32,000 nucleotides of DNA, taken from NCBI GenBank assembly GCA_030149205.1, contig JASBSB010000001.1:60001-92000 (forward strand), in the 5' to 3' direction. Positions 1 through 9,439 of the stretch are shown here, piece by piece; positions within the stretch are counted from its first letter, which is position 1, and each line of letters starts with the position of its first letter. The notes under the pieces were generated by a model, which worked only from the letters and a program-made list of their open reading frames with translations, did not search any database and was not told the DNA's origin. Position numbers and translations under genes: made by a program. This stretch comes from Candidatus Heimdallarchaeota archaeon. Its GTDB lineage: Archaea; Asgardarchaeota; Heimdallarchaeia; Heimdallarchaeales; Kariarchaeaceae.

Positions 1-1086
1 TGTAAAAGAATCAGTGTAGACACCCTTCGTACCAAATATCCACTCCCTGAATTTGATTTTTCTCAGGTAGATGGTTATGCTTTGGGGTCTCATAGAAAGG
101 AGTTCAATCTTATTGGTGAGGTAAAAATCGGAGAGCAAAATACCAGAACCTTAAAGGATAACGAATGTCAATGGGTACCAACTGGAGCTATGATTCCAAA
201 AAACACATACGCAATGGTTAAAGTTGAAAATACAGAAGTTAAAGGACATACAGTTAGGTTAATTAAAGAGGTAATTGAGGGCCAGGAGATTGTCCGAGCA
301 GGATCTGATTTCAAAGATGGTGAAATTATTGTTGAAGAAGGAAGTTTAATTTCAGAAACAAAAGTTGCGCTGCTTTCAGCGTTCGGTTTTTCATCAATCC
401 GTGTTTTCAAAAAACCTCGTATAACTATCTTTGTAACTGGTCATGAAATTAAAAAAGTAGGTCAAAAAAAAGAAATCACAGAAGTTTATGATTCGATTTC
501 CCCCTTGCTTAGTGTTTATGTTCAATTACTGGGTGGACAGGTAATAGACATTACATATGTTGATGAAACTGTAGAAGACCTTAGAGCTAAGTTTGCAACA
601 TCTCTCCATTCAAGTGATTTAATTATAACAATTGGCGGCACATCAATGGGAAAGCAAGATAATGTAAAAAAGACAGTTGAATTGATTGGAGAAACAATAT
701 TTCATGGAATTTCTCTACGACCGGGGAAACCGCTTTATTTTGGTAAAATAGAATTAACACCAGTTATTGGATTTCCAGGATTTTTTGGTTCGAGTATCAT
801 TATGGCTAATTTTGTTCTTCCAACCCTCTTTAAAGTATTAACAGGAGTTTCAACTACGATTCCAAAAATTCAGTCTGTAGAATTAAGTAATGAAATCAAG
901 AGCTACCAAGGTTTCGAAAGATTAATTCCAGGAACAATCAGAAGTGGAGTATTTGTCCCAACCTTTAGTACTTCATCATCGATTCGATCCATATCAGAAG
1001 CCACAGGGTTTGTTCATGTGAAACAGATAGATGGTTCACGAATACCTAAGGGTGGTTACCTAAAATTTACAGAATTCCTGTCTTAA
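1..1086 (+). CDS. moeA: Molybdopterin molybdenumtransferase MoeA (5'-truncated by window edge)
   Basis: Frame is open from base 1 (CKRISVDTLRTKYPLPEFDFSQVDGYALG...) and contains the MoeA N-terminal P.FD.S.VDGYA motif upstream of the tracked TTG at 82. Also TGAMIP, TGHEI, GGTSMGKQD and RPGKP. Confidence 0.92.
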   Translation, partial: CKRISVDTLRTKYPLPEFDFSQVDGYALGSHRKEFNLIGEVKIGEQNTRTLKDNECQWVPTGAMIPKNTYAMVKVENTEVKGHTVRLIKEVIEGQEIVRAGSDFKDGEIIVEEGSLISETKVALLSAFGFSSIRVFKKPRITIFVTGHEIKKVGQKKEITEVYDSISPLLSVYVQLLGGQVIDITYVDETVEDLRAKFATSLHSSDLIITIGGTSMGKQDNVKKTVELIGETIFHGISLRPGKPLYFGKIELTPVIGFPGFFGSSIIMANFVLPTLFKVLTGVSTTIPKIQSVELSNEIKSYQGFERLIPGTIRSGVFVPTFSTSSSIRSISEATGFVHVKQIDGSRIPKGGYLKFTEFLS

Positions 1087-1114
1087 CGGTTAACCAGTGT
1101 TTGATTCAAAGAAT

Positions 1115-1462
1115 CTAAAGCTCAGAAGTTCTGGTCATATCACCTATTCTGTTAGAAGGGTATAACCTTTCTGTGGTGTTCATCTCACGAAATCCAAGAT
1201 ATTTACATTTTTCGCGTACCTTTAACATGAATCTAACCATAGTATGCAAATCACCTAATTCATACACACCAGATTTTAAATCTGCGTAGGTATCGAAGCT
1301 GACACCATTTTTATCTAATATTAGAGTAAAGACAACCTGATATCTTTTCATGACAACTCTTCGATATTCCTCAGTCGATTGATCTGACACAAATTTCACA
1401 TTTAGCTCATGGAATTCGTCAATCACTTTCTCAAATTTCTCTCTCAGGGTTTTTTCAATCAC
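1115..1462 (-). CDS. Hypothetical protein (115 aa)
   Basis: ORF fills the gap between moeA and the GT2 gene. GTG start with GAGGTG SD 9 nt upstream. No recognisable motif. Confidence 0.65.
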   Translation of the reverse strand: MIEKTLREKFEKVIDEFHELNVKFVSDQSTEEYRRVVMKRYQVVFTLILDKNGVSFDTYADLKSGVYELGDLHTMVRFMLKVREKCKYLGFREMNTTERLYPSNRIGDMTRTSEL

Positions 1463-1574
1463 TCATTTCAACACCTCACTCAAATTTAAAAAGTCTTCAG
1501 AAGATGTTATTCATTCTGTAAACTAAGTTGTTGAGTATCGTTCTTCATTACAAAATATTTAAGCTTACAAAAGA

Positions 1575-2279
1575 TTGATATTCGTGGAACTTCATTCTTC
1601 TGTCACTATCATCATCCCGACACTAAATGAGGAAGAAAATATTGAAATTTTGTTAGACAGACTTGTAAAATTATATCCCAAAATTAATATCCTTGTTGTC
1701 GATGATGGTTCTTCTGATAACACACAACAAGTTGTCAAAGAAAAATCAAAAGTAAATGATAGCATCAGGTTGATTGACAGAAGTAACAAGGAGGAGAAGG
1801 GATTAACAATTTCAATCCGGGATGGAATTTTAAATGTTGATACTAAATGGTTTATGAATATGGATGGTGATTTACAACATCCCCCAGAATCAATAAAAAT
1901 CGCCTTAGGGTGTATTTCTAATGATCCCGAGGTTATAATTGGCAGAAGAGACCATGTTGAGAATTGGCCTTTCACAAGGAAACTAATTTCATGGGGCGCT
2001 CAAACCTTAGGAAGAGTATCTTTGTTTTTACGAAGAAAACCAATACCCAAAGACATAATGTCAGGTTATTTTGGTGGTAAAACCCAGTTTTACAAAGAAC
2101 TGCTAAAAGATGACTCTTTCTTAGAGAAAGGTGGATACAAATTTTTATTTGATATGCTAAAAATTATCGATAAGAATACAAAAGTCTGTGAATTTGGTTA
2201 TATCTTTAAAAATCGAGCGCATGGTAGTTCAAAAATTGGCAAAAAACAGATCTTAGCTTTTGCCAAGTCATTATTTTAA
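1575..2279 (+). CDS. GT2 polyprenol/dolichol-phosphate hexosyltransferase (DPM1-like)
   Basis: IIIPTLNEEENI, VDDGSSDNT, MDGDLQHPPE, DIMSGYF, GYKFL and FKNRAHGSSK. No C-terminal TM segments. The start may be GTG at 1584. Confidence 0.88.
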   Translation: MIFVELHSSVTIIIPTLNEEENIEILLDRLVKLYPKINILVVDDGSSDNTQQVVKEKSKVNDSIRLIDRSNKEEKGLTISIRDGILNVDTKWFMNMDGDLQHPPESIKIALGCISNDPEVIIGRRDHVENWPFTRKLISWGAQTLGRVSLFLRRKPIPKDIMSGYFGGKTQFYKELLKDDSFLEKGGYKFLFDMLKIIDKNTKVCEFGYIFKNRAHGSSKIGKKQILAFAKSLF

Positions 2280-2312
2280 AGTTGTATGCAATATTTCCTT
2301 ATGATCAACAGA

Positions 2313-3686
2313 CTATAGAATTTTAAGAGACTTCAATTTACCAATTCTTCCTGGTTGTATTAAAAAGAAGTCTCTTGTAAGAGCAGGGTCAATTACATAT
2401 CTACCATCATAAATGATTTTATTGGAAAACAACCTATAATCTACCTCACCGAACTCTTTATGGTCAGTAACAATAATAATTATGCTAGCCCAATCCAATG
2501 CTTGTTCAAGTTCATTAGGTTCAAAAGCAGTATTTGAACCAAAAATATTCTCAATTTCTTTCATTGTATACAATGGATCAATTATTTTAACAGACAAGGG
2601 CTTGAGCTCTTTCACCTTTGGAATAATGCGAAGCGTTGGAGATAATCTATGCTCCTTAACCCCACCACGATATGCTAACCCCATTATCAGTACGTTTCGT
2701 TTCCAGTTTGGAGTAACCTCTGTAATCCTCTCAATAGCATAGTTCACCATATAATCATTAGCTTTTCTTCCATCTGAAAACAGCATCGGTTCAAAACCAT
2801 GATTGAGCCCCTCCTTGATTACAAAATGAGGATAGACTGGAATACAATGTCCACCCACCCCTATTCCTGGTCTGTGAATATGTGAGAATGGCTCAGTATT
2901 AGCGACATCAATAACCTCTAAGATATCGATATCAATTTTATCAGCTAAAACCGCCAGTTGATTTGCAATCGCAATATTCGCATCTCTATAAGCTCCCTTG
3001 AAGGTTTTTATTGCTTCAGCTGTAGTTGGATCAGATACAAGGATAACCCCCTTCTTCGAAACTATTTCATATAATAATTTAGCTGCCACACCTGATTTCT
3101 GAGTTTGAGGCCCAATAATTTTTGGATAATTTTGTTCGATATCCCTTATTGCTCTCCCTGAATAAGTTCTTTCAGGAGCAAATACAATCCCAAAATCATC
3201 ATCGAGTTTTTTACCTTGTTTTTCAATTCTTGGTACTATAACCTTACTGGTTGTAGTGGGAGGTAAAGTCGTTTCCTGAATGAATACAATCCCTGGAGGT
3301 GCATTTTTAACCAAGGAATCATAGGTTTTAAGCAGTCCATCTAATTCAGCATTGCCTTGATCATCTACTAAAACAGGAATGATAATAAGCACAAAATTTG
3401 ATCCATCCAAAGCCTCCTTAGGATCAATATAAGCTTTGAACATTCCATTTTTGACTGCCTTTCCAAGTCTTTCCAGCACTTCAGGTTCAGCAATAGTTGT
3501 ATTTCCCTGATTTAATTCAGAAATAATCTTTTCAGAAATATCCAGTCCTTTTACTTTAAACCCTGCATTCGTAAAAACCATTGCGATGGGTAGCCCCATT
3601 TTACCAAGACCCACAACAGTCAACTGAATCTCTCTATTTTGAATTTTCTCTGTTAGTTCCAAGGGATTCAATTTTAAGATGTTCAT
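2313..3686 (-). CDS. Nucleotide-sugar dehydrogenase (UDP-N-acetylhexosamine 6-dehydrogenase, WecC-like)
   Basis: VVGLGKMGLP Rossmann motif, FAPER, EAIKTFKGAYRDANIA, catalytic GVGGHCIP and MGLAYRGG. Exact sugar specificity cannot be read from the sequence. Confidence 0.9.
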   Translation of the reverse strand: MNILKLNPLELTEKIQNREIQLTVVGLGKMGLPIAMVFTNAGFKVKGLDISEKIISELNQGNTTIAEPEVLERLGKAVKNGMFKAYIDPKEALDGSNFVLIIIPVLVDDQGNAELDGLLKTYDSLVKNAPPGIVFIQETTLPPTTTSKVIVPRIEKQGKKLDDDFGIVFAPERTYSGRAIRDIEQNYPKIIGPQTQKSGVAAKLLYEIVSKKGVILVSDPTTAEAIKTFKGAYRDANIAIANQLAVLADKIDIDILEVIDVANTEPFSHIHRPGIGVGGHCIPVYPHFVIKEGLNHGFEPMLFSDGRKANDYMVNYAIERITEVTPNWKRNVLIMGLAYRGGVKEHRLSPTLRIIPKVKELKPLSVKIIDPLYTMKEIENIFGSNTAFEPNELEQALDWASIIIIVTDHKEFGEVDYRLFSNKIIYDGRYVIDPALTRDFFLIQPGRIGKLKSLKIL

Positions 3687-3808
3687 GATGTTAGGACTAT
3701 CGTATAAATTTAAAATATTCCAAATAAACTATTCTCATTAATTTATTTAGGATACCAAACTGAATAAATTTAACAGCAATGTTATAACTATAATTTGGAA
3801 ATTTTCAT

Positions 3809-4636
3809 ATGGATAATATTAATGTCGTTGCTGTGATCCCTGCTCGAAACGAGGAGGAAAACATCGGGAAACTTTTGTCAGATCTCGAAGAACAGTCATT
3901 AAAACCAGTAAAAGTTTTTATTACCGATGACGGTTCAACTGACAAGACTGCAGAAATTTGTGAATCTTTTCCCTTTGTAGTTCTATCTCGAAGAGTAGAC
4001 AGGGGATACGATGCTGTTGGTACAACAGAGATTGCAAAGGTCTTCAATGAGTCCTTACGAAAGATAAATGAGTTTAGTAAATCCAACAAAACAGATTATG
4101 TATTATTTCTAGGTGCGGATCTAAACCTACCCCGAAATTACATAGAATTTTTGATTTCCAGAATGGAAGAAGATCATCAGCTTGTCCTAACAAGTGGAGC
4201 CTTAAAAGGACCCGGAGGATTTGAAGCAGCTAAAAACTATGTGCATGGTGCAGGAAGAATATGTAAATTTTCCTTCTGGATGGATTTGGGTGGATTATTT
4301 CCAGAAAAGGTGGGTTGGGAATCATATCCAGTTTTTAAAGCTCAATCTAAAGGCTTGAAGTTAAAATTATTTAAAGAGCTAATATTTGAGTCTATACGAC
4401 CCACAGGTGGACGAACAGACTATTTTGCATATGGTCAGGCAATGCGGGCATATGGTTATTTCTGGGTGTTGGCTTGGGGTAGGACAATTAAACATATCTG
4501 GTTTAGGTCACCCAAAGCCGCTGTTAATATGATCAAAGGATATTATTCAAAGTCTACAGACCTTTATGATGATGAATTAAGGAAATTTATAAACAAATCT
4601 CAAAAACAAAGAATTAGAAAAATATTAAAAGTATAA
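3809..4636 (+). CDS. Glycosyltransferase family 2
   Basis: VIPARNEEENI, TDDGSTDKT, LGADL (DxD-like) and GWESY. Confidence 0.88.
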   Translation: MDNINVVAVIPARNEEENIGKLLSDLEEQSLKPVKVFITDDGSTDKTAEICESFPFVVLSRRVDRGYDAVGTTEIAKVFNESLRKINEFSKSNKTDYVLFLGADLNLPRNYIEFLISRMEEDHQLVLTSGALKGPGGFEAAKNYVHGAGRICKFSFWMDLGGLFPEKVGWESYPVFKAQSKGLKLKLFKELIFESIRPTGGRTDYFAYGQAMRAYGYFWVLAWGRTIKHIWFRSPKAAVNMIKGYYSKSTDLYDDELRKFINKSQKQRIRKILKV

Positions 4637-4751
4637 GTTATATCTTTATATTTTCAATCTTTAAAAGAACATTTTTCTCACAAATTATGTGTGGATTTAT
4701 ACCAAAACGATTAAATTTATGTAAGGTTAATAGTAAAGCTGACTATCCAGA

Positions 4752-4758
4752 GAGGTGA
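4752..4758 (+). promoter_or_regulatory. Shine-Dalgarno motif GAGGTGA
   Basis: Strong archaeal SD 5 nt before an in-frame ATT (4764) of the GTPase gene. Confidence 0.5.
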
Positions 4759-4793
4759 CCTAAATTCATTCGGTAGCTGGGGAAAAAGAATTT

Positions 4794-5822
4794 GTGGTAA
4801 AATTAATACTAATAGGAGACCCAGGGGTAGGTAAGACTTCTCTGCAAAGAAAATTCATGGGTCAGGGGTTTAAGAAAAATTATCAGAAAACTGTAGGAGT
4901 CAACATAAGTCATTTTGAATTACTGGTTAAAGAGCAACAATTTATTCTAAGTATTTGGGATTTAGCTGGTGAGGAAAACTTGAAGACCATAAGAACAATG
5001 TATGCCAAAGGGTCACACCTGATGCTCTACGTTCTTGATTTGACCCGAGAAATTGATCAATCCTCTGTGGATGATTGGTTTGAATTCGTTTCTTATGTTC
5101 TTAGAGATAATCCTCAACTTAGGTTTAACATTCTTTTCAATAAATTAGACCTCAACCCATCCAAAACAGTAAAGGGACTTGAGATTCTTACGAAGAGTTT
5201 AAGTTCATTGGAATTTGAATTATCACCCGAAATCTACTATACCTCAGCAATCACTGGTGATGGGGTAAAAGAGGCTTTATCTGGGTCACTTAACAGTTTA
5301 ATTCCGATCTTCTCTGAGAGTCAAATAATGTTACAAGAAATCAAAAACACAAATAATTATATGCTTTTCACATTTTATTTAGACGATATGGGACCAAGCA
5401 TATATTCGAGGGATAAATTAAACCTTTTTGATTCTAAAGACTTAGAGATGCTAGATGACAACCTAAATGAGCTCTCTGTCACATTAATTAGTTCTTTAGG
5501 AAAGGGGCACACATATTTAGAAGCGGTGACAAGACTACCTACTGGTCTTTATGAGGACTTCGAAATATTAGCTATCTCCAGAAGAATCAAAGGTGATGGG
5601 TTTAAAGATGAGAGGATTGAAAATAATTTTATGATTTTTACATTATTCTATCCTAAAAAGTTTGCCTCGGTAATTCTAGTTGATGATGCGTTAGAAAAGG
5701 AGATAGAACACTATATGCGCAAATTTAAAACGTTAAATCAAGTGGGGAAAAAGGATGAACTGCCAAAAATCAAGGAGAAGTTGGTAGAGATCTTGACTAA
5801 AAAAGTGGATGAAAGAATATAA
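4794..5822 (+). CDS. Rab/Ras-like small GTPase with a C-terminal longin/uDENN-like domain
   Basis: G1 GDPGVGKT, G2 KTVG, G3 WDLAGE, G4 NKLD and G5 TSAITG in the first ~170 aa, then a ~160 aa extension (FYLDDMGP...DERIENNFMIFTLFYP). The true start may be ATT at 4764 (see findings). GTPase call is firm; the C-terminal domain call is inference. Confidence 0.85.
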   Translation: MVKLILIGDPGVGKTSLQRKFMGQGFKKNYQKTVGVNISHFELLVKEQQFILSIWDLAGEENLKTIRTMYAKGSHLMLYVLDLTREIDQSSVDDWFEFVSYVLRDNPQLRFNILFNKLDLNPSKTVKGLEILTKSLSSLEFELSPEIYYTSAITGDGVKEALSGSLNSLIPIFSESQIMLQEIKNTNNYMLFTFYLDDMGPSIYSRDKLNLFDSKDLEMLDDNLNELSVTLISSLGKGHTYLEAVTRLPTGLYEDFEILAISRRIKGDGFKDERIENNFMIFTLFYPKKFASVILVDDALEKEIEHYMRKFKTLNQVGKKDELPKIKEKLVEILTKKVDERI

Positions 5823-5837
5823 GAGAAGAGTCGTGTG

Positions 5838-5844
5838 TTTTTTT
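5838..5844 (+). terminator. Possible oligo-T terminator after the GTPase gene
   Basis: T7 run 15 nt after the stop codon. Archaeal intrinsic terminators are often U-tracts, but this is weak evidence in an AT-rich genome. Confidence 0.25.
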
Positions 5845-5946
5845 CAAATGAATTCTAAGGTGTCAATAACTATGATATTTTAAATAAGGAGAAAAACGAA
5901 AAATTAAGACTAATATGGTCTTTGGTTACAAAGATAGGTTATTGTT

Positions 5947-8190
5947 ATGAAAGTCAAAAACGCAGATGAAATTCGAGATATGATTATGAACCATCCAATT
6001 GAACTACGTCGTATCTTTTCAATTTCAGCACACATAGACCATGGAAAATCAACAACTGCAGATTACCTTCTTTCGAAGGCAGGGCTGATGTCAGCTGAAA
6101 CCGCCGGAGAAAAGAGAATGACTGATAGTGATGATGAGGAACAGGAGAGAGGAATCACAATTTTTACAACAGTAGTAATTCTCTCATTCACCTACAAAGA
6201 AGAAGATGGGACAGAAAATGATTATTTATTTCAAATTAATGACACCCCTGGCCATTTATCATTTACTGGAGAAGTTTCTCGTGCGTTACGAGGATCAGAT
6301 GGTGCAGTCATTTTAGTAGACGCACTTGAAGGAATGATGACGCAAACTGAGACTAATATTCAGTTAGCTGTGGGTGAAGAACTGTGTAAACCTGTTCTTT
6401 TCATAAACAAAGTTGATAGATTGATTTCAGAATTAAGATTAGACCCCAAAGATGTATTCTCTCGTTTAGACATCATAGTTTCTCAGGTCAATAACAAAAT
6501 AAAGAGTATAGTCTCCAAAGATATGGCAGAAAGTTGGAAGGTCTCTTTTCAAAACAATTCTGTTGCTGTTGGTTCTGCAAAGGATGGATGGGCATTTACT
6601 GTCGAAATTCTGAAACAACAGAAATTAAGTCCACAGGATGTTTTTCAAAAATATGCAGAAGATGATAAACAATGGCTCAGAGCTAATTTACCATTAGATG
6701 AAGCCTTGTTAAGAATGGTTATTCAACATCTACCAGATCCAAAGCGATCACAAAAAATAAAAATCCCACATATTTGGCAAGGTGATTTAGAATCCCCCGA
6801 GGGAAAATCATTAGTTGAGTGTGACCCCAATGGACCCTTATTAGGTATGATAACAAAAATATTCATTGACCCGAGAAGCAAACGGCCCACAATCATAGGT
6901 AGGGTATTTTCTGGGACTCTTGGTGAAGATGATAAAATCTATCTAATTAATAGAAGAGAAACGGTCTCAATTAAACGATTAGGGGTAATGGAAATTACAG
7001 ATATCCTACCTGTACCAAAAATTCCAGCTGGGAATTTATTTGCTGCCCTTGGTTTTATCTGTCCAGCAGGAGAATCATTCACAAGAGCAGGAACAGAGAT
7101 AACTGGATTTGATTCAATCTCTTATGCTGCTGAACCTGTTGTGTCACAATCAATTTTTCCTAAGAAAAGCGGAGATGTTGCAAAACTAGGTAAGGTCATA
7201 AGCACTTGGATTATGGCAGACCCAACAGCATCATATGAAATGGATCCTGAGACAAAAACTTATACATTGCAAGGGATTGACCCACTTCAGATTGATATTC
7301 TTATTACCAGAATTAATGAACAAGTACCCATTAATGTGAGTGACCCCATTATCGTGCACAGAGAAACGATTTCTCAGCCATCAAACGTGTTTACCACAAA
7401 ATCACCAAATGGTCATAACAGGATACAATTGAAGTTATACAAACTCCCTGAATCTATGATTGACTTCCTAAGAGAAGGAAAAGAATTATCCTTAATGGAT
7501 ACCAAGGAAAGATCTAGGTTGTTAGCAAGTCATATCGACTCCAGCAAATATCCCGACTTTGATGAAAAATTCTTTAGAGGATTTTGGGGTTCTTCAGAAA
7601 CCAACTTATTCATTGAAAACACAAAAGGTGTACAGAGATTGGATAGGATCAAAGAATTCGTTCTTAACACTTGGAGACAATTTACAAGAAAAGCAACCTT
7701 AGCCGGTGAACCCCTGATGGGTGTTCTCTTTGAAATGACGGATGCAACAGTACACGTAGACCCGGCACACACTGGATTGACAGAAATAATGGCAATGGTT
7801 TCATCTGCGTGTAACCTAACGTATTTATCTGCTGGTCCCAAACTTTTGGAACCTTTACTTAGAATTGATATCAAGGCACCAGAAGATTACCTTGGAGCTT
7901 TAACTGGGTTAATAACACAACATCGTGGTATGATTGAATCCATTACAGAACAATCTGGTTCGTCTGTCCTTAAAGGAATCCTGCCAACCTCTGAGACAAC
8001 AGGATTAGCTGATGAGATCAGAGGAGCAACGGCTGGAAGAGGTTTCTTTGGGTATCAATTTTATAAATTTGAAGAAGTTCCACCACACCTTGTGGATGAG
8101 AAAGTCACATTTATCAGAGAGAGGAATGGACTTAAAACTGAAGTACCTACCGCAGCTACCTGGGAAAGATTTGTCTACAAACAGTCATAG
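5947..8190 (+). CDS. fusA: Archaeal elongation factor 2 family GTPase, probably the paralog aEF-2p
   Basis: AHIDHGKST, EEQERGITI, DTPGH, NKVDR, GSAKDGW, SPNGHN, KLLEP and RGATAGR. The diphthamide loop reads HVDPAHTG. No rps12/rps7 neighbours. Confidence 0.92.
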   Translation: MKVKNADEIRDMIMNHPIELRRIFSISAHIDHGKSTTADYLLSKAGLMSAETAGEKRMTDSDDEEQERGITIFTTVVILSFTYKEEDGTENDYLFQINDTPGHLSFTGEVSRALRGSDGAVILVDALEGMMTQTETNIQLAVGEELCKPVLFINKVDRLISELRLDPKDVFSRLDIIVSQVNNKIKSIVSKDMAESWKVSFQNNSVAVGSAKDGWAFTVEILKQQKLSPQDVFQKYAEDDKQWLRANLPLDEALLRMVIQHLPDPKRSQKIKIPHIWQGDLESPEGKSLVECDPNGPLLGMITKIFIDPRSKRPTIIGRVFSGTLGEDDKIYLINRRETVSIKRLGVMEITDILPVPKIPAGNLFAALGFICPAGESFTRAGTEITGFDSISYAAEPVVSQSIFPKKSGDVAKLGKVISTWIMADPTASYEMDPETKTYTLQGIDPLQIDILITRINEQVPINVSDPIIVHRETISQPSNVFTTKSPNGHNRIQLKLYKLPESMIDFLREGKELSLMDTKERSRLLASHIDSSKYPDFDEKFFRGFWGSSETNLFIENTKGVQRLDRIKEFVLNTWRQFTRKATLAGEPLMGVLFEMTDATVHVDPAHTGLTEIMAMVSSACNLTYLSAGPKLLEPLLRIDIKAPEDYLGALTGLITQHRGMIESITEQSGSSVLKGILPTSETTGLADEIRGATAGRGFFGYQFYKFEEVPPHLVDEKVTFIRERNGLKTEVPTAATWERFVYKQS

Positions 8191-8246
8191 TTTACCAACA
8201 ACCTAGTTTTAAAAAAATTTAATAACTTCTAAACTTAATTCTTTAT

Positions 8247-9395
8247 TTATCTTAAATTTTTCTTAAAGTCATTTAACATTTCAAAGATACGGTTGGTTCC
8301 ATCGTCCAATCTTTGAATTGAAGTCGCACAATTAATCCTGATTTTTCCAGATCCATGCATCCCAAATTGTGACCCTGGAACAACCTCTACCCCCTTAGTT
8401 TCTAACAACTTACCCGCAAACATCTCATCTTCAAGTATACCAAGGTCTGGAAAAGCGAAAAATCCAACCGATGGGTTTGGGCAATTATAACCCTCTTTGT
8501 TAAATTTTTCTGCTACAAACCTAGAGGTCTTTAATGTTGTATTTGCGAAGTCCTTTGTCCAAGCTTTAAGATGTTGATCAGTCAAGGCAAATTCTGCAAC
8601 TAATGAGCTTGTCGGTGAAGGAGTGACAATAGTTTGAGAAACGATTTCCTGAATCTCAACTGATTCCTTACTCGGTGTGACAATGAATCCAGACCGAAAA
8701 CCTGCTAAACCATTTGCCTTCGAAAACCCATTAATTGTAAATACCTTATCTTCTAATCCGTCAACTGAACCTAAACTTTGGAATCCTTGTGATACAACAA
8801 GTTGTTGATAGAGCTCATCTACCACAATATAAAAATCAAATTCAGTGGCTAAGTCTCTGATTAACCTAATTTCTGACTCAGTGAGGATATGTCCTGTTGG
8901 ATTGTTTGGATTGTTAATTGCAAAGAGTTTGGTGTTTTTATTACAATTATTTTTCAGTTGTTCCTCATCTATTGACCCGTTCTCCTTAAAGGGGGACCAA
9001 TATATTTTGTTTCCTCTAAATGTTGCATGATAATGATACGGGGGGTAAATAGGGTCTAAAATTAATACCTCTCCTTCTCTCCTTGATGCCCATTCCATTA
9101 CACTATAAATTCCCAACATTGTTCCAGGTAAAATCTGAATATCAGTAAGGTTGACATTTGAATGCCCAAGATCTTCCATAAATTGTTTTACCAATTCTCT
9201 TGCTTTTGGACTACCCTGTTTTGGTTGATAATAAGTAAAGTCATCAGTTAAATTAGATCGTAAGAAGTCAGCCAAACCTTTTGGTCCTTGAAAGTCAATG
9301 TCTGCGATTCCAAATGCAAATCCACCTTCGGGTATACGACTATGCCATTTCAAAGGATTAATTTCTCTCAGTCGAGACTCACTTAAAACTTCCAT
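8247..9395 (-). CDS. PLP-dependent class I/II aminotransferase-fold enzyme (MalY/PatB-like features)
   Basis: NNPNNPTG, VDELY and PLP lysine in FSKANGLAGFR. N-terminal GIADIDF and C-terminal RINCA resemble MalY/PatB C-S lyases. Confidence 0.85.
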   Translation of the reverse strand: MEVLSESRLREINPLKWHSRIPEGGFAFGIADIDFQGPKGLADFLRSNLTDDFTYYQPKQGSPKARELVKQFMEDLGHSNVNLTDIQILPGTMLGIYSVMEWASRREGEVLILDPIYPPYHYHATFRGNKIYWSPFKENGSIDEEQLKNNCNKNTKLFAINNPNNPTGHILTESEIRLIRDLATEFDFYIVVDELYQQLVVSQGFQSLGSVDGLEDKVFTINGFSKANGLAGFRSGFIVTPSKESVEIQEIVSQTIVTPSPTSSLVAEFALTDQHLKAWTKDFANTTLKTSRFVAEKFNKEGYNCPNPSVGFFAFPDLGILEDEMFAGKLLETKGVEVVPGSQFGMHGSGKIRINCATSIQRLDDGTNRIFEMLNDFKKNLR

Positions 9396-9439
9396 CTAAA
9401 ATAAAATTTGAACACTAATATTTAACATTATTTTGTTGA

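Noticed and set aside
82-84. TTG at 82 as the moeA start
   Set aside because: The frame is open to base 1 and the upstream codons encode the conserved FDFSQVDGYA motif, so the gene starts before the window.
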